A DNA stretch of 64,000 nucleotides from an uncultured Planctomycetales bacterium (GTDB lineage: Bacteria > Omnitrophota > Gorgyraeia > Zapsychrales > JAHFFX01), in NCBI GenBank assembly GCA_964372915.1, contig CAYJRN010000002.1, forward strand, positions 1,409-65,408, given 5' to 3'. Of this stretch, positions 35,249 through 44,362 are shown piece by piece. Made by a program: the position numbers and the translations under genes. Below the pieces are notes generated by a model. The model was not told the DNA's origin. It did no database searches and saw only the letters and a program-made list of their open reading frames with translations. How positions within the stretch are numbered: the stretch's first letter is position 1; each line of letters starts with the position of its first letter.

Positions 35249-36940
35249 ATGCGTAAAGACGGAGAAATTTTAACCACCAAAAAACTTATCACTCTTAAGC
35301 AATGGGAAGCGGCCTTGAAGGAAGAACAGAGCAACGGCCGCCCGGTTGTGGCGTTCATCATTGATCAAGGATACGCGCCGGAAAAGGATGTGGCGCAGGC
35401 CTTGAGCGAAGGGTTGGGGCTCGCCTACGTGGATTTGGAAAAGTACTCCTTTGAGGACGAGATCGTTAAAATCCTTCCTCAGGAGATCGCCAGAAAATGT
35501 TTGAGCATTCCGTTATTTCAGGGAACCAATTCGATGAACGTCGCGATGGCTAACCCCGCGGATGAAACGAATCTTGGGCTTGTACAAAAAACCGTGAAGG
35601 TCCGCATTCGCCCGGTTTTGGCTTTACTTTCTCAGATCCGCAATCGGATTGAAGAAGAATATTTGAAGGGACCGGCGGTCATGGATTTTTCACAAATCAT
35701 CGACACCAAAGATCTTGGGCCGAAAGGGTTGGCGGATCCCGACACGATGAAGATCGCCAGCCTTGCCCCGGTGGTGAGTCTCGTCGATCAAATGGTCGCC
35801 AAGGCCGTGGAAATGGGCGCGAGCGACGTCCACATCGAACCGCAGGCCGACAAGGTCGGCTGCCGTTTTAGGATCGACGGTGTTTTGCAGGAAATGCCTG
35901 TCCTGCCGCGCGAGTATGACGCCGCGATGGTTTCCCGCATCAAAATCATGGGGAATCTCGATATCGCCGAAAAACGTCTTCCTCAGGACGGGCGGGTGCA
36001 GATGCAAGTCTCCCTGACCGGCAGACAGGCCGGAACGAAAAAAGTGGATTTGAGGATTTCGACGTTCCCCACAATGCACGGGGAAAATCTGGTGATTCGC
36101 ATTCTCGATAAGACGCGGTCTCTCATCCAACTTGAAGAGCTGGGAATGTCGAGCGAGATATTAAAAGTCTTTGATCAGCTTATCCACCGGCCGCACGGGA
36201 TTATTCTGGTGACCGGGCCCACGGGCTCAGGGAAAACCACGACGTTGTACGGCGTTTTGAACCAGATCAACACAGTTTCTAAAAACATTATGACGCTCGA
36301 GGATCCGATTGAATATGAAGTGGAAAGGATTCGGCAGTCGCAGGTCAACGTCAAGGCGGGCTTGACCTTTGCCACGGGCTTACGTTCCATCGTCCGTCAG
36401 GATCCGGATATCATTATGATCGGGGAAATCCGCGACCGCGAGACGGCCGAGATCGCCATTCACGCGGCATTGACGGGGCATTTGGTTTTCTCGACCTTGC
36501 ATACCAATAATGCCGCTTCGGCCACCGCGCGCCTGATTGATATGGGGGTGGAGCCCTTCCTCGTTTCTTCGGCCTTGACGTGTGTCGTGGCCCAGCGTTT
36601 GATCCGGGTCCTGTGTCCTGCCTGCAAGGAACTGTATGTCTTGGCGCCGGAAATGATTGAGAAACTTAAAATTCATCTGGATCCGTCCGAAAAAATTTTC
36701 AGGGAAAAAGGATGCTCCCAATGCCGCAAGACCGGATATCAGGGGAGGATCGGTATCTTTGAAATGCTGGTCCCCGATGATGAACTTGGGCGCATGATTG
36801 ATGAGAAAGCCGCGGCCAATGACATCGCTCAGATGGCGGTTAAAAAGGGAATGACGACCTTGCGGGACGATGGTATTCAAAAATTTCAAAAAGGGATCAC
36901 CAGCCTGGCGGAAGTGGTCCGGGTGACACAGGAGAATTGA
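35249..36940 (+). CDS. gspE: Type II secretion / type IV pilus assembly ATPase (GspE/PilB family)
   Basis: N-terminal GspII_E-N/MshEN domain; Walker A VTGPTGSGKTTTLY; the Asp box and His box; tetracysteine CPACK...CSQCRK zinc motif (extension ATPase, not a PilT-like retraction ATPase). Confidence 0.9.
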   Translation: MRKDGEILTTKKLITLKQWEAALKEEQSNGRPVVAFIIDQGYAPEKDVAQALSEGLGLAYVDLEKYSFEDEIVKILPQEIARKCLSIPLFQGTNSMNVAMANPADETNLGLVQKTVKVRIRPVLALLSQIRNRIEEEYLKGPAVMDFSQIIDTKDLGPKGLADPDTMKIASLAPVVSLVDQMVAKAVEMGASDVHIEPQADKVGCRFRIDGVLQEMPVLPREYDAAMVSRIKIMGNLDIAEKRLPQDGRVQMQVSLTGRQAGTKKVDLRISTFPTMHGENLVIRILDKTRSLIQLEELGMSSEILKVFDQLIHRPHGIILVTGPTGSGKTTTLYGVLNQINTVSKNIMTLEDPIEYEVERIRQSQVNVKAGLTFATGLRSIVRQDPDIIMIGEIRDRETAEIAIHAALTGHLVFSTLHTNNAASATARLIDMGVEPFLVSSALTCVVAQRLIRVLCPACKELYVLAPEMIEKLKIHLDPSEKIFREKGCSQCRKTGYQGRIGIFEMLVPDDELGRMIDEKAAANDIAQMAVKKGMTTLRDDGIQKFQKGITSLAEVVRVTQEN

Positions 36941-36983
36941 GAAAGACAAATGATCTAGGAAACTTAGAACCCGGAGCAATTTC

Positions 36984-37016
36984 GATGTGGTATAATTCTT
37001 GGGGAGGTGATTGAAC
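36984..37016 (+). promoter_or_regulatory. Duplicate of the hicB promoter/RBS module (TGTGGTATAATT...GGAGGTGAT)
   Basis: See 34768..34799. Confidence 0.55.
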
Positions 37017-37235
37017 ATGGAAATCAAAGTAAAATTTGAGAAGGATGAGGACAGGATTTGGGTCGCTACCTGTCCATCTTTGCCGGGGTGCATTTCGCAG
37101 GGGAAGTCTCTCAAAGAAGCGCAAAAGAATATCAAAGAAGCAATTCGTTTGCATCTGCGTTCTTTATCCGAGGATGGCCTGCCCTTAGTCAATTCCGATG
37201 ATGTTAAAGAGACGCTTGTTGAGGTTCATTTGTGA
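37011..37235 (+). CDS. hicB: HicB-family antitoxin, copy 2
   Basis: MEIKVKFEKDEDRIWVATCPSLPGCISQGKSLKEAQKNIKEAIRLHL. The start may be the ATG at 37017. Confidence 0.75.
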   Translation: MNMEIKVKFEKDEDRIWVATCPSLPGCISQGKSLKEAQKNIKEAIRLHLRSLSEDGLPLVNSDDVKETLVEVHL

Positions 37236-37453
37236 GTCGTCTTCCCGCCGTTTCTGGAAAACAGGTTATCAAAGCCTTGATACAGATGGGGTATTATGTG
37301 CGCGACCAAGATGGTAGCCATGTTCACCTGCGTCATCCCATACGGAAACCGTTGACCATTCCTGACCATAAAGAAGTAGCTAAAGGAACCTTAAGGGCAA
37401 TCATCAGAGAAGCAGGGCTTACAAAAAATCAGTTTAGCGATTTATTGGATTGA
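37232..37453 (+). CDS. hicA: HicA-family toxin, copy 2
   Basis: GKQVIKALIQMGYYVRDQDGSHVHLRHP...IPDHKEVAKGTLRAIIREAGL. Confidence 0.8.
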   Translation: MSRLPAVSGKQVIKALIQMGYYVRDQDGSHVHLRHPIRKPLTIPDHKEVAKGTLRAIIREAGLTKNQFSDLLD

Positions 37454-37499
37454 TTCGCCTTTGCCTCCATGTCTAGCGGCAGGTCTGCTAAAGTTATCA

Positions 37500-38072
37500 A
37501 TGAATAAATCCTATCAATTTTTTCGTGTCTTTCTTTTTCTTTCCTTTTTTGGAATTTTTTCTATTTGCGCCTGCGAGCGTCAGGCCCAAAAACGGTCTTA
37601 TGATGAAGATGCGGGGGCACCCCGCCATGGCGGGGTGCCCCCGCTGTCTTGGCAAACGCCGGATGGATGGACGCAAAAATCGGGAGGCAACCTGCGTTTA
37701 GCTTCGTTCAAGAGTAAGAACGATACCAGTTTGGATGTTTCGATCGTCGCTCTGGGCGGGGTGGCCGGCGGAATTTCCGCCAACATCAATCGCTGGTTGA
37801 AGCAGATCAATCGGCCGGAAATGAACGAAGAAGAATTGAATCAATTTTTAGCCAAGCAGGAACAGATGACTTCCATGGACGGGCTCAAAATTGCGGTGGT
37901 CGATTTAACGGGTTTGCAACCGCAAAGGGATTCCTCGGCGCCAAGTCTTTTGGCCGCCACGCTTGAGCTTCAAGACCGAACCGTTTTTGTCAAAATGGCC
38001 GGAACGCTTGCGGAAATTGAAAAAAACCGCGGGGCGTTCCGGTCGTTATGTCAATCTCTGAAAGTGAAATGA
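37500..38072 (+). CDS. Secreted or lipoprotein of unknown function
   Basis: MNKSYQFFRVFLFLSFFGIFSICAC signal peptide ending at Cys; no recognisable catalytic motif. Confidence 0.45.
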   Translation: MNKSYQFFRVFLFLSFFGIFSICACERQAQKRSYDEDAGAPRHGGVPPLSWQTPDGWTQKSGGNLRLASFKSKNDTSLDVSIVALGGVAGGISANINRWLKQINRPEMNEEELNQFLAKQEQMTSMDGLKIAVVDLTGLQPQRDSSAPSLLAATLELQDRTVFVKMAGTLAEIEKNRGAFRSLCQSLKVK

Positions 38073-39214
38073 TGAGTTTTTCCCGCAGGGAAATTGCCGA
38101 TCATCCCGTCCTCAAAGCCCTTTCTTCCCTTAAAATCATGGTCGTCGGTTTGTCGCTGTTGTTCATCCTTGTTTTCTGGGGGACCGTCGCCCAGATTGAC
38201 AGCGGACTGTATTATTCGCAAGAGCGATATTTCCATTCGTTTTTCTTTCTTATTTTTGGTTTTATTCCTTTTCCCGGCGCTCAGCTGATTTTGTGGGTGC
38301 TGTTTGTGAACCTTACGTGTGTGGCGATCAGCCGTTTTGTCTACCGCTGGTCGCATATCGGTATCCTCATCATCCATTTTGGGCTTCTGACGTATTTTAT
38401 TTCCGCTTATGTAACGCTTCACTGTGTTGAGGAATCTCAATTGACCTTGCGCGAAGGCGAGGCATCGAACGTTTCGTCCTCAATAAGAGACTGGGAACTT
38501 TCGGTGTGGCAAGAGGGGGGAGATAAAAAACACGTCGTGGCTTATGACGCGGACAACTTAAGAGAGAGACAGTCCCTGGATTTTTCAGAATTTGGTTTTA
38601 TGGCCCAGGTGGATTTTTATTACCCCAATGCCGAAGCTTATACCGTTTCCGAATCCCCAGGATCATCCCAGCTTAATATTTCGGGAATTCAATCCTTGCG
38701 TCCGACAGAATTGAATCAAGAATCTGAAAAAAATGTCCCCGGCATCATTGTGAGTTTGCAAGCCTCCGGTTCCGAAGCGACCCGGCTTTTGTTGTACGGC
38801 GCCGAAACCCGCGCCACGCCACTCAACATTGGCGAGGGAATTTATCATTTTATCCTCAGGCACAAAAGATATCCGCTCCCTCTTAAAGTCAGATTGGAAG
38901 ACTTTGTGATGGAGAAACACCCCAACACGGAAATCGCCAGAAGCTATAAGAGTCAAGTGCTTGTGGAAAGCTCGGGACTTTCTCGGGACGTGGTGATTTC
39001 CATGAACAAACCGCTCCGGTATAAGAATTTCACTTTTTACCAGGCGTCGTATTCCATGGACAAAGAGGGCAGGGAATCCTCAACGCTGGCGGTCGTCAAG
39101 AACTCCGGGCGGCTCTTGCCCTATATCGCGAGCCTGACGACCTTTGTCGGCCTGGTTACCCATTTTTTGATGATGGCCTTTTCCTCACGGAATAAATACA
39201 GAGTACGAACATGA
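38048..39214 (+). CDS. resB: Cytochrome c biogenesis protein ResB/CcsB (System II)
   Basis: N-terminal TM helices, a large periplasmic domain, then the C-terminal MNKPLRYKNFTFYQASY and final TM typical of ResB. Confidence 0.75.
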   Translation: MSISESEMMSFSRREIADHPVLKALSSLKIMVVGLSLLFILVFWGTVAQIDSGLYYSQERYFHSFFFLIFGFIPFPGAQLILWVLFVNLTCVAISRFVYRWSHIGILIIHFGLLTYFISAYVTLHCVEESQLTLREGEASNVSSSIRDWELSVWQEGGDKKHVVAYDADNLRERQSLDFSEFGFMAQVDFYYPNAEAYTVSESPGSSQLNISGIQSLRPTELNQESEKNVPGIIVSLQASGSEATRLLLYGAETRATPLNIGEGIYHFILRHKRYPLPLKVRLEDFVMEKHPNTEIARSYKSQVLVESSGLSRDVVISMNKPLRYKNFTFYQASYSMDKEGRESSTLAVVKNSGRLLPYIASLTTFVGLVTHFLMMAFSSRNKYRVRT

Positions 39215-41127
39215 AATTAAAGTTTTTTTTCTCTCTATTATTCATTATTTTTTGGACGAATGCTCTTCACGCCGAAAGTCCGGCCATTTGTCCGTTGCAG
39301 AAAGAAATCAAGTCTGAGGAAGTTGCTTCCCTGGAAGCTTTTAAAAGAATCGCCATTCTGGAAGACGGCCGCATTAAACCGTTGGATACTTATGCCCAAA
39401 ACGTGCTTTTGCGCCTTTCCGGCAAAAGAACGTTTGACCGGCATCCGGCCCTCCGTTGGCTGGCTCGACTTTTATTTGCGCCGGAGGCCACCATCGATGA
39501 CAAAGTTTTCCTTGTGAATAATCCGGAAATCCCGATGGCTTTAGGGATTGGACCCGATGAGCGCCGTCGGTACAGCTTTGCGCAGTTGGAACCGGGGTAT
39601 CAAAAACTTCACGAATTATCTTTCAAAGCCAATGCCATCGACAAAAAATCCAGAACAGTCCTGGAAGAAGAAATCATTCGATTGGACAGTAACATCCGTT
39701 TGTACGCGGACATTTCTCATAGTTTCCAATTCGCTTTTCCGCATCCGGACTTTGGAGTGCAGAATACTTTCCTCAAGGAAAAATTGGGACTCCCCCAAGA
39801 CGAAGAGCAGTTTTCCTTCCTTGATATCGCGCTTCGTGCCGATTCTATCGCTCAATTCACCAAAGCCTTGGAAACCAAAAACATCAATCAATGGAGCAGC
39901 GAAGAACGAGAGACGATGCGCCTGGTCAACAATCTATACGAATGGTCGAGGCATTATCAAAATTCCCCTTTGGGGATCGTGCCGGCGTACGATTCGCAAA
40001 AAGAGGAATGGTTGAGCCCCTGGGATGCCATCGATGCCGGGTTTCAAAGTGCGATTGGCCGTCGGGAAATCATGTCTTTGAGAAATTTGGCGGCCGCGTA
40101 TTGGAAAGGAAAACAGTTGGAATTTGATCTCGCGGCGCGCTCGTTTCGCGAATCGGTTAAAGCCCGCGCCCATGGGAAAATCATTCGCCGGAGTTTAAAA
40201 AAGATCGATCTCGAAATTCTTTACAATCGTTTGAATTTTTTTCTTTGGGCCAAGTTCTTTTATGCTTTGGCTTTTTTAGTTTTTCTTTTTTCCTTGCCCT
40301 CGGGGAAGAGTCGTCTGAGGAGATTCGCATTTTTTTTGGTGATCGCGGGATTCCTTCTTCATGCCCTTGCCCTTGGGATGCGCGTCGTTCTCTCGGCTCG
40401 TCCGCCGGTCACCAATCTTTATGAGACTTTTATCTTCGTAGCCTTGATCGGCTGCCTGGTCGGCATGATCGTTGAGATGGTCAATAGGCAATGGCTGGGG
40501 ATCGTCGTCGCCAGCGTTTGCGGATTTGTGTTTTTGACGATCGCCGGCAAGTTTGCCGCCGAGGGAGACACTTTCAGGATGCTGGTGGCCGTCCTTAATT
40601 CCAACTTTTGGCTGGGGACCCATGTTGTCAGTATTACCACGGGCTACGCGGGTGTTTGTACGGCGGGGATTTTAGGACACGTTTATATTTTGCAGGGGTT
40701 GGCGAGGCCCAAGGAACGCCGGTTATTGGATACAACTTACAAAAATATTTTGGGTGTTTTGGGATTTGGTTTGACCATGACGTTTCTGGGGACGAATTTA
40801 GGCGGCATTTGGGCGGATCAGTCCTGGGGCCGTTTTTGGGGATGGGACCCCAAGGAAAACGGGGCGATGCTGATTGTTTTATGGTGCGCCATTATTTTTC
40901 ATGCTAAAGTAGGGCGTATGATCGGACCCTTAGGAGTTGCCGTCGGCAGTATCTTAGGGATCATCGTTGTGATGTGGGCCTGGTTCGGGGTGAATCTTCT
41001 CAGCGTCGGTCTGCATTCCTATGGTTTTACGTCGGGAGTGGCGGCAGGGCTCATTGTTTATGTGGCGCTAGAGTTGATGTTTTTGTTGGTGACCGTGCCG
41101 ATGGTAAAAAGAAAATTAATTTGGTAA
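39211..41127 (+). CDS. ccsA: Cytochrome c biogenesis protein CcsA/ResC with a long (~330 aa) N-terminal periplasmic extension
   Basis: Trp-rich WWD motif WADQSWGRFWGWDPKENGAM and conserved His residues in the C-terminal polytopic half. Confidence 0.8.
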   Translation: MKLKFFFSLLFIIFWTNALHAESPAICPLQKEIKSEEVASLEAFKRIAILEDGRIKPLDTYAQNVLLRLSGKRTFDRHPALRWLARLLFAPEATIDDKVFLVNNPEIPMALGIGPDERRRYSFAQLEPGYQKLHELSFKANAIDKKSRTVLEEEIIRLDSNIRLYADISHSFQFAFPHPDFGVQNTFLKEKLGLPQDEEQFSFLDIALRADSIAQFTKALETKNINQWSSEERETMRLVNNLYEWSRHYQNSPLGIVPAYDSQKEEWLSPWDAIDAGFQSAIGRREIMSLRNLAAAYWKGKQLEFDLAARSFRESVKARAHGKIIRRSLKKIDLEILYNRLNFFLWAKFFYALAFLVFLFSLPSGKSRLRRFAFFLVIAGFLLHALALGMRVVLSARPPVTNLYETFIFVALIGCLVGMIVEMVNRQWLGIVVASVCGFVFLTIAGKFAAEGDTFRMLVAVLNSNFWLGTHVVSITTGYAGVCTAGILGHVYILQGLARPKERRLLDTTYKNILGVLGFGLTMTFLGTNLGGIWADQSWGRFWGWDPKENGAMLIVLWCAIIFHAKVGRMIGPLGVAVGSILGIIVVMWAWFGVNLLSVGLHSYGFTSGVAAGLIVYVALELMFLLVTVPMVKRKLIW

Positions 41128-41128
41128 G

Positions 41129-42340
41129 ATGATCACTGTTAAACAAGCTGAAAAAATTATTTTCCAAGCTTTCCGTTCCTTTGATGCCGTCGATACACCT
41201 CTGGAAGGTGCCTTGGGGGCGGTCTTGAGAGAAGACATTAAAGCGGATCGGGATTTGCCGGCCTTTCATAAATCGGTCGTGGATGGGATCGCCATCAAAC
41301 TTTTTTCTTACCAAAAAGGAAATAGACATTTTTCTATTCGGGGAACGCAAGCGGCTGGAACCGCGCCTTTAAAACTTTCCAATTTTAAGTCTTGCATTGA
41401 GATTATGACCGGCGCCGTCTTACCCGTGGGTTGCGATTGCGTTATTCCCATTGAACAGCTGAAGGTCGATAGGAAACAGGCGGTTGTTGACAATCACCTT
41501 GATCTGAGGCCCTGGCAGTATGTTCGTCCCCGGGCCTCAGATCAGAAAGAGGGAGAAACCCTTTTGACAAAAGGCAGTGTGCTTTCGCCGCAGCGCGTCG
41601 CGGTGGCGGCTTCCGTGGGCAAGGCAACGCTGAAGGCGAGCACCCGCCCAAAGATCGCGGTCCTATCGACGGGAAATGAGCTGGTGGATATCAACCGGAA
41701 AAAGATTTCTCCTTATCAGGTCCGCGCCTCCAATTCTTGGGCCATCCGGGCGGCCCTAGAAGGGTGCGGCTTTAAGGGCGTCGGGATGTTCCTGGCGAGA
41801 GATAACGTTAAACTTTTGTTGAGAATCTTTGAGAGGATTTTAAAAAATTTTGACGTTATCATCATTAGCGGCGGGTCATCGATGGGAAAATACGATTTTG
41901 TTCCCGGCGTTCTTAAGGATTTAGGCGTTCGGGAACTGTTTCACAAGGTGAGCCAAAAGCCGGGCAAACCTTTATGGTTTGGCAAAAACAGCAAAGGCAA
42001 AGTTGTTTTTGCGCTTCCGGGAAATCCGGTTTCAACGCTGGTGTGTCTGTACCGGTATGTTTTGCCCGCTTTAAAAAAGGCGGGAGGGCTGCCGCGCGTG
42101 AACGAATCGGCGATTTTGACGAAAGTATTGACTCTTCAAAGCCGTTTAATAAATTTTGTGCCGGTTAAGATTTCTCAAACCTTAAGAGGTGATTGGACGG
42201 CAAAAATTTTGAGGATCAGCGGTTCCGGGGATTTCGCCGCTTTAGGGCCCAGCGATGGGTTCGTAGAGCTGGATGGCCGCAAGAGAGTTTTTAAAAAAGG
42301 AAGCCGAGTCCCATTGTATCGCTGGTCATCGAGATGTTGA
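41129..42340 (+). CDS. moeA: Molybdopterin molybdotransferase
   Basis: MoeA N-terminal and MoCF-binding domains (IISGGSSMGKYD, FALPGNPVS). Confidence 0.85.
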   Translation: MITVKQAEKIIFQAFRSFDAVDTPLEGALGAVLREDIKADRDLPAFHKSVVDGIAIKLFSYQKGNRHFSIRGTQAAGTAPLKLSNFKSCIEIMTGAVLPVGCDCVIPIEQLKVDRKQAVVDNHLDLRPWQYVRPRASDQKEGETLLTKGSVLSPQRVAVAASVGKATLKASTRPKIAVLSTGNELVDINRKKISPYQVRASNSWAIRAALEGCGFKGVGMFLARDNVKLLLRIFERILKNFDVIIISGGSSMGKYDFVPGVLKDLGVRELFHKVSQKPGKPLWFGKNSKGKVVFALPGNPVSTLVCLYRYVLPALKKAGGLPRVNESAILTKVLTLQSRLINFVPVKISQTLRGDWTAKILRISGSGDFAALGPSDGFVELDGRKRVFKKGSRVPLYRWSSRC

Positions 42341-42954
42341 AAAAGAAGAACGAAAAACCATTATTGTACGGCTTAGTTTTATCCGGCGGGAAAAGCACCC
42401 GGATGAAGAGCGACAAATCCCTTTTGCAATATCACGGGACAACGCAGGTGGAGTTTGCTTATGGACTCCTGCTGCCGTTCTGTGGCAAAGTCTTTGTTTC
42501 GAATCGTCAAGAACAGTCCAAGCTAAGAGCGCATCAGGAATTTCCGCAGATCCATGACCTTAAAGAGTATCAATCCATTGGCCCGCTGGGAGGGATCCTC
42601 TCGGCCTTTGCGAAATTTCCCAAGAACCATTGGTTAGTTTTAGCCTGTGACTTGCCGTATGTCAGAAGAGAAACAATTGAATACTTGCTTCAAAAAAGGA
42701 ATCGCCGCAAAATCGCGACGGCCTACAGAGGTTCCCGCGACGGTTTACCAGAACCTTTATGCGCGGTTTATGAAGCCAAGGCAAAGACACAGCTCAGGAA
42801 ATTCTTTAAACAAGGCATTCATTGCCCGCGAAAAATCATGATCCATTCCAATGTCGAATTGATCGAGCCGCAAGATCCAAAGGTCTTGGAAAATATTAAT
42901 GATCGGAAAGAATATAAAAAAGCAATATTAAGCTTTTCTTCACTCTTAAAATGA
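42334..42954 (+). CDS. mobA: Molybdenum cofactor guanylyltransferase
   Basis: GLVLSGGKSTRMKSDK N-terminal nucleotide-binding motif; 206 aa. Confidence 0.8.
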   Translation: MLKKKNEKPLLYGLVLSGGKSTRMKSDKSLLQYHGTTQVEFAYGLLLPFCGKVFVSNRQEQSKLRAHQEFPQIHDLKEYQSIGPLGGILSAFAKFPKNHWLVLACDLPYVRRETIEYLLQKRNRRKIATAYRGSRDGLPEPLCAVYEAKAKTQLRKFFKQGIHCPRKIMIHSNVELIEPQDPKVLENINDRKEYKKAILSFSSLLK

Positions 42955-43196
42955 AAAAAACTATCCATCTTCAATATTTCGCATTGCTGCGGGAAGAGCG
43001 GGGATTGCCTCGGGAGACTATTAAGACTACCGCCCAATCTCTGGGGGATTTGTATGCGGAGCTCAAAAAGAAACACAAGTTCAAGCTTTCTTTAGAGTTT
43101 CTCAAAGTGGCCGTGAACAACGAGTTCAAAGATTGGGCAACGAAACTCAAAGAGAACGATTCCGTTGTCTTTATTCCGCCGGTGGCGGGGGGCTGA
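42951..43196 (+). CDS. moaD: Molybdopterin synthase sulfur-carrier subunit
   Basis: 81 aa ThiS/MoaD-like protein ending in a Gly-Gly C-terminus (PPVAGG). Confidence 0.75.
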   Translation: MKKTIHLQYFALLREERGLPRETIKTTAQSLGDLYAELKKKHKFKLSLEFLKVAVNNEFKDWATKLKENDSVVFIPPVAGG

Positions 43197-43330
43197 GGAA
43201 ATGACCGACGGAGATTCAGAAGTCAGTATTTGATTCTCGGGAATGGATTTGTTATACTGTAAATCATTTTAGAATCAAAAGCATTTGTGTGATCAAAGTT
43301 TATAAATTTTCAATTAGAGAAGTTACCGCA

Positions 43331-44362
43331 ATGAAAATCAGTGTTATTGGGATCAACCACAAAACCGCACCCATCGAGGTCAGAGAGAAATTCTTTTTAA
43401 ATTCGATTCAGCAGGATCTTTTTTTGAGTGAAGTTAAATCCAACCCAGCGATCGCGGAATGTTTCATTCTTTCGACCTGTAACCGGACTGAAATTTATCT
43501 GCGCGGCATCAATCCGCAAGTTTATTTGGAATCTCTGGTCAAGCTCGTCGTTAACATCAAAAAAGAAGAATTTCATCCGGAATGCTTGAAATATTTCTAT
43601 GTCCATGAAGAGGCAGAGGCTGTGCGGCATCTTCTGAAAGTGACGGTCGGATTGGATTCTCTGGTTCTGGGGGAGAGACAAATTATCGGTCAGGTTCGCA
43701 CCGCTGTTGAGCGAGGTCGTCTTAGGGGGATGTTCCATCAGCACTTCAATATTCTTTCCAACATTGCTATTCGCATGGCCAAGAAAGCGCAAACCGAAAC
43801 CGAGATCGCCTTTGGCGGACTTTCCGTCAGTTGGGCCGCCATTGTCCAGGCCGAGCGGTTGTTAGGCAGTCTTCAGGGAAAATCTATTCTCATTATTGGA
43901 GCGGGCAAGATGGGGGAACTCACCATTAATCAAATCAAGAACCGGGGTGTTAAAAATATTTATCTGATGAACCGTACCGGCACAACGGCCCAGGCCTTGG
44001 CCGAAACTTGCCAAGGTATTGCCGCTTCTTTCTTGGAAATTAAGGAAATCTTAAACGAAGTCGATGTCTGTGTTTGCGCGGCCAGCGCCCCCCATTACAT
44101 CCTTGATCAAAAAATCGTGGAGAAGGTCATGGTGTTAAGAAATAACCGACCATTGGTTCTCATCGACATTTCTATGCCGCGTAACATCGATCCTTTGGCT
44201 GGGAAGCTCAAGAACGTTTTTCTCTCGCACATCGATGATCTGGAACAGGTGGCCAAAGAAAACCTTCGCCGTCGTCAATTGGCTGTCCCGCGAGTCGAGG
44301 CCATCATTGAAGAAAAATTGTCCGCCTTTTACCAGAAACTGGACAAAATGCAGACCGTATGA
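43331..44362 (+). CDS. hemA: Glutamyl-tRNA reductase
   Basis: MKISVIGINHKTAPIEVREKF, STCNRTEIY and the NADP-binding IIGAGKMGE. The start is taken at the M at 43331 rather than the ORF start at 43289. Confidence 0.9.
   Translation: MKISVIGINHKTAPIEVREKFFLNSIQQDLFLSEVKSNPAIAECFILSTCNRTEIYLRGINPQVYLESLVKLVVNIKKEEFHPECLKYFYVHEEAEAVRHLLKVTVGLDSLVLGERQIIGQVRTAVERGRLRGMFHQHFNILSNIAIRMAKKAQTETEIAFGGLSVSWAAIVQAERLLGSLQGKSILIIGAGKMGELTINQIKNRGVKNIYLMNRTGTTAQALAETCQGIAASFLEIKEILNEVDVCVCAASAPHYILDQKIVEKVMVLRNNRPLVLIDISMPRNIDPLAGKLKNVFLSHIDDLEQVAKENLRRRQLAVPRVEAIIEEKLSAFYQKLDKMQTV

Noticed and set aside
42273-42557. ORF 42273..42557 overlapping the moeA end and mobA start
   Set aside because: It is out of frame with two well-supported genes and has no independent signals.
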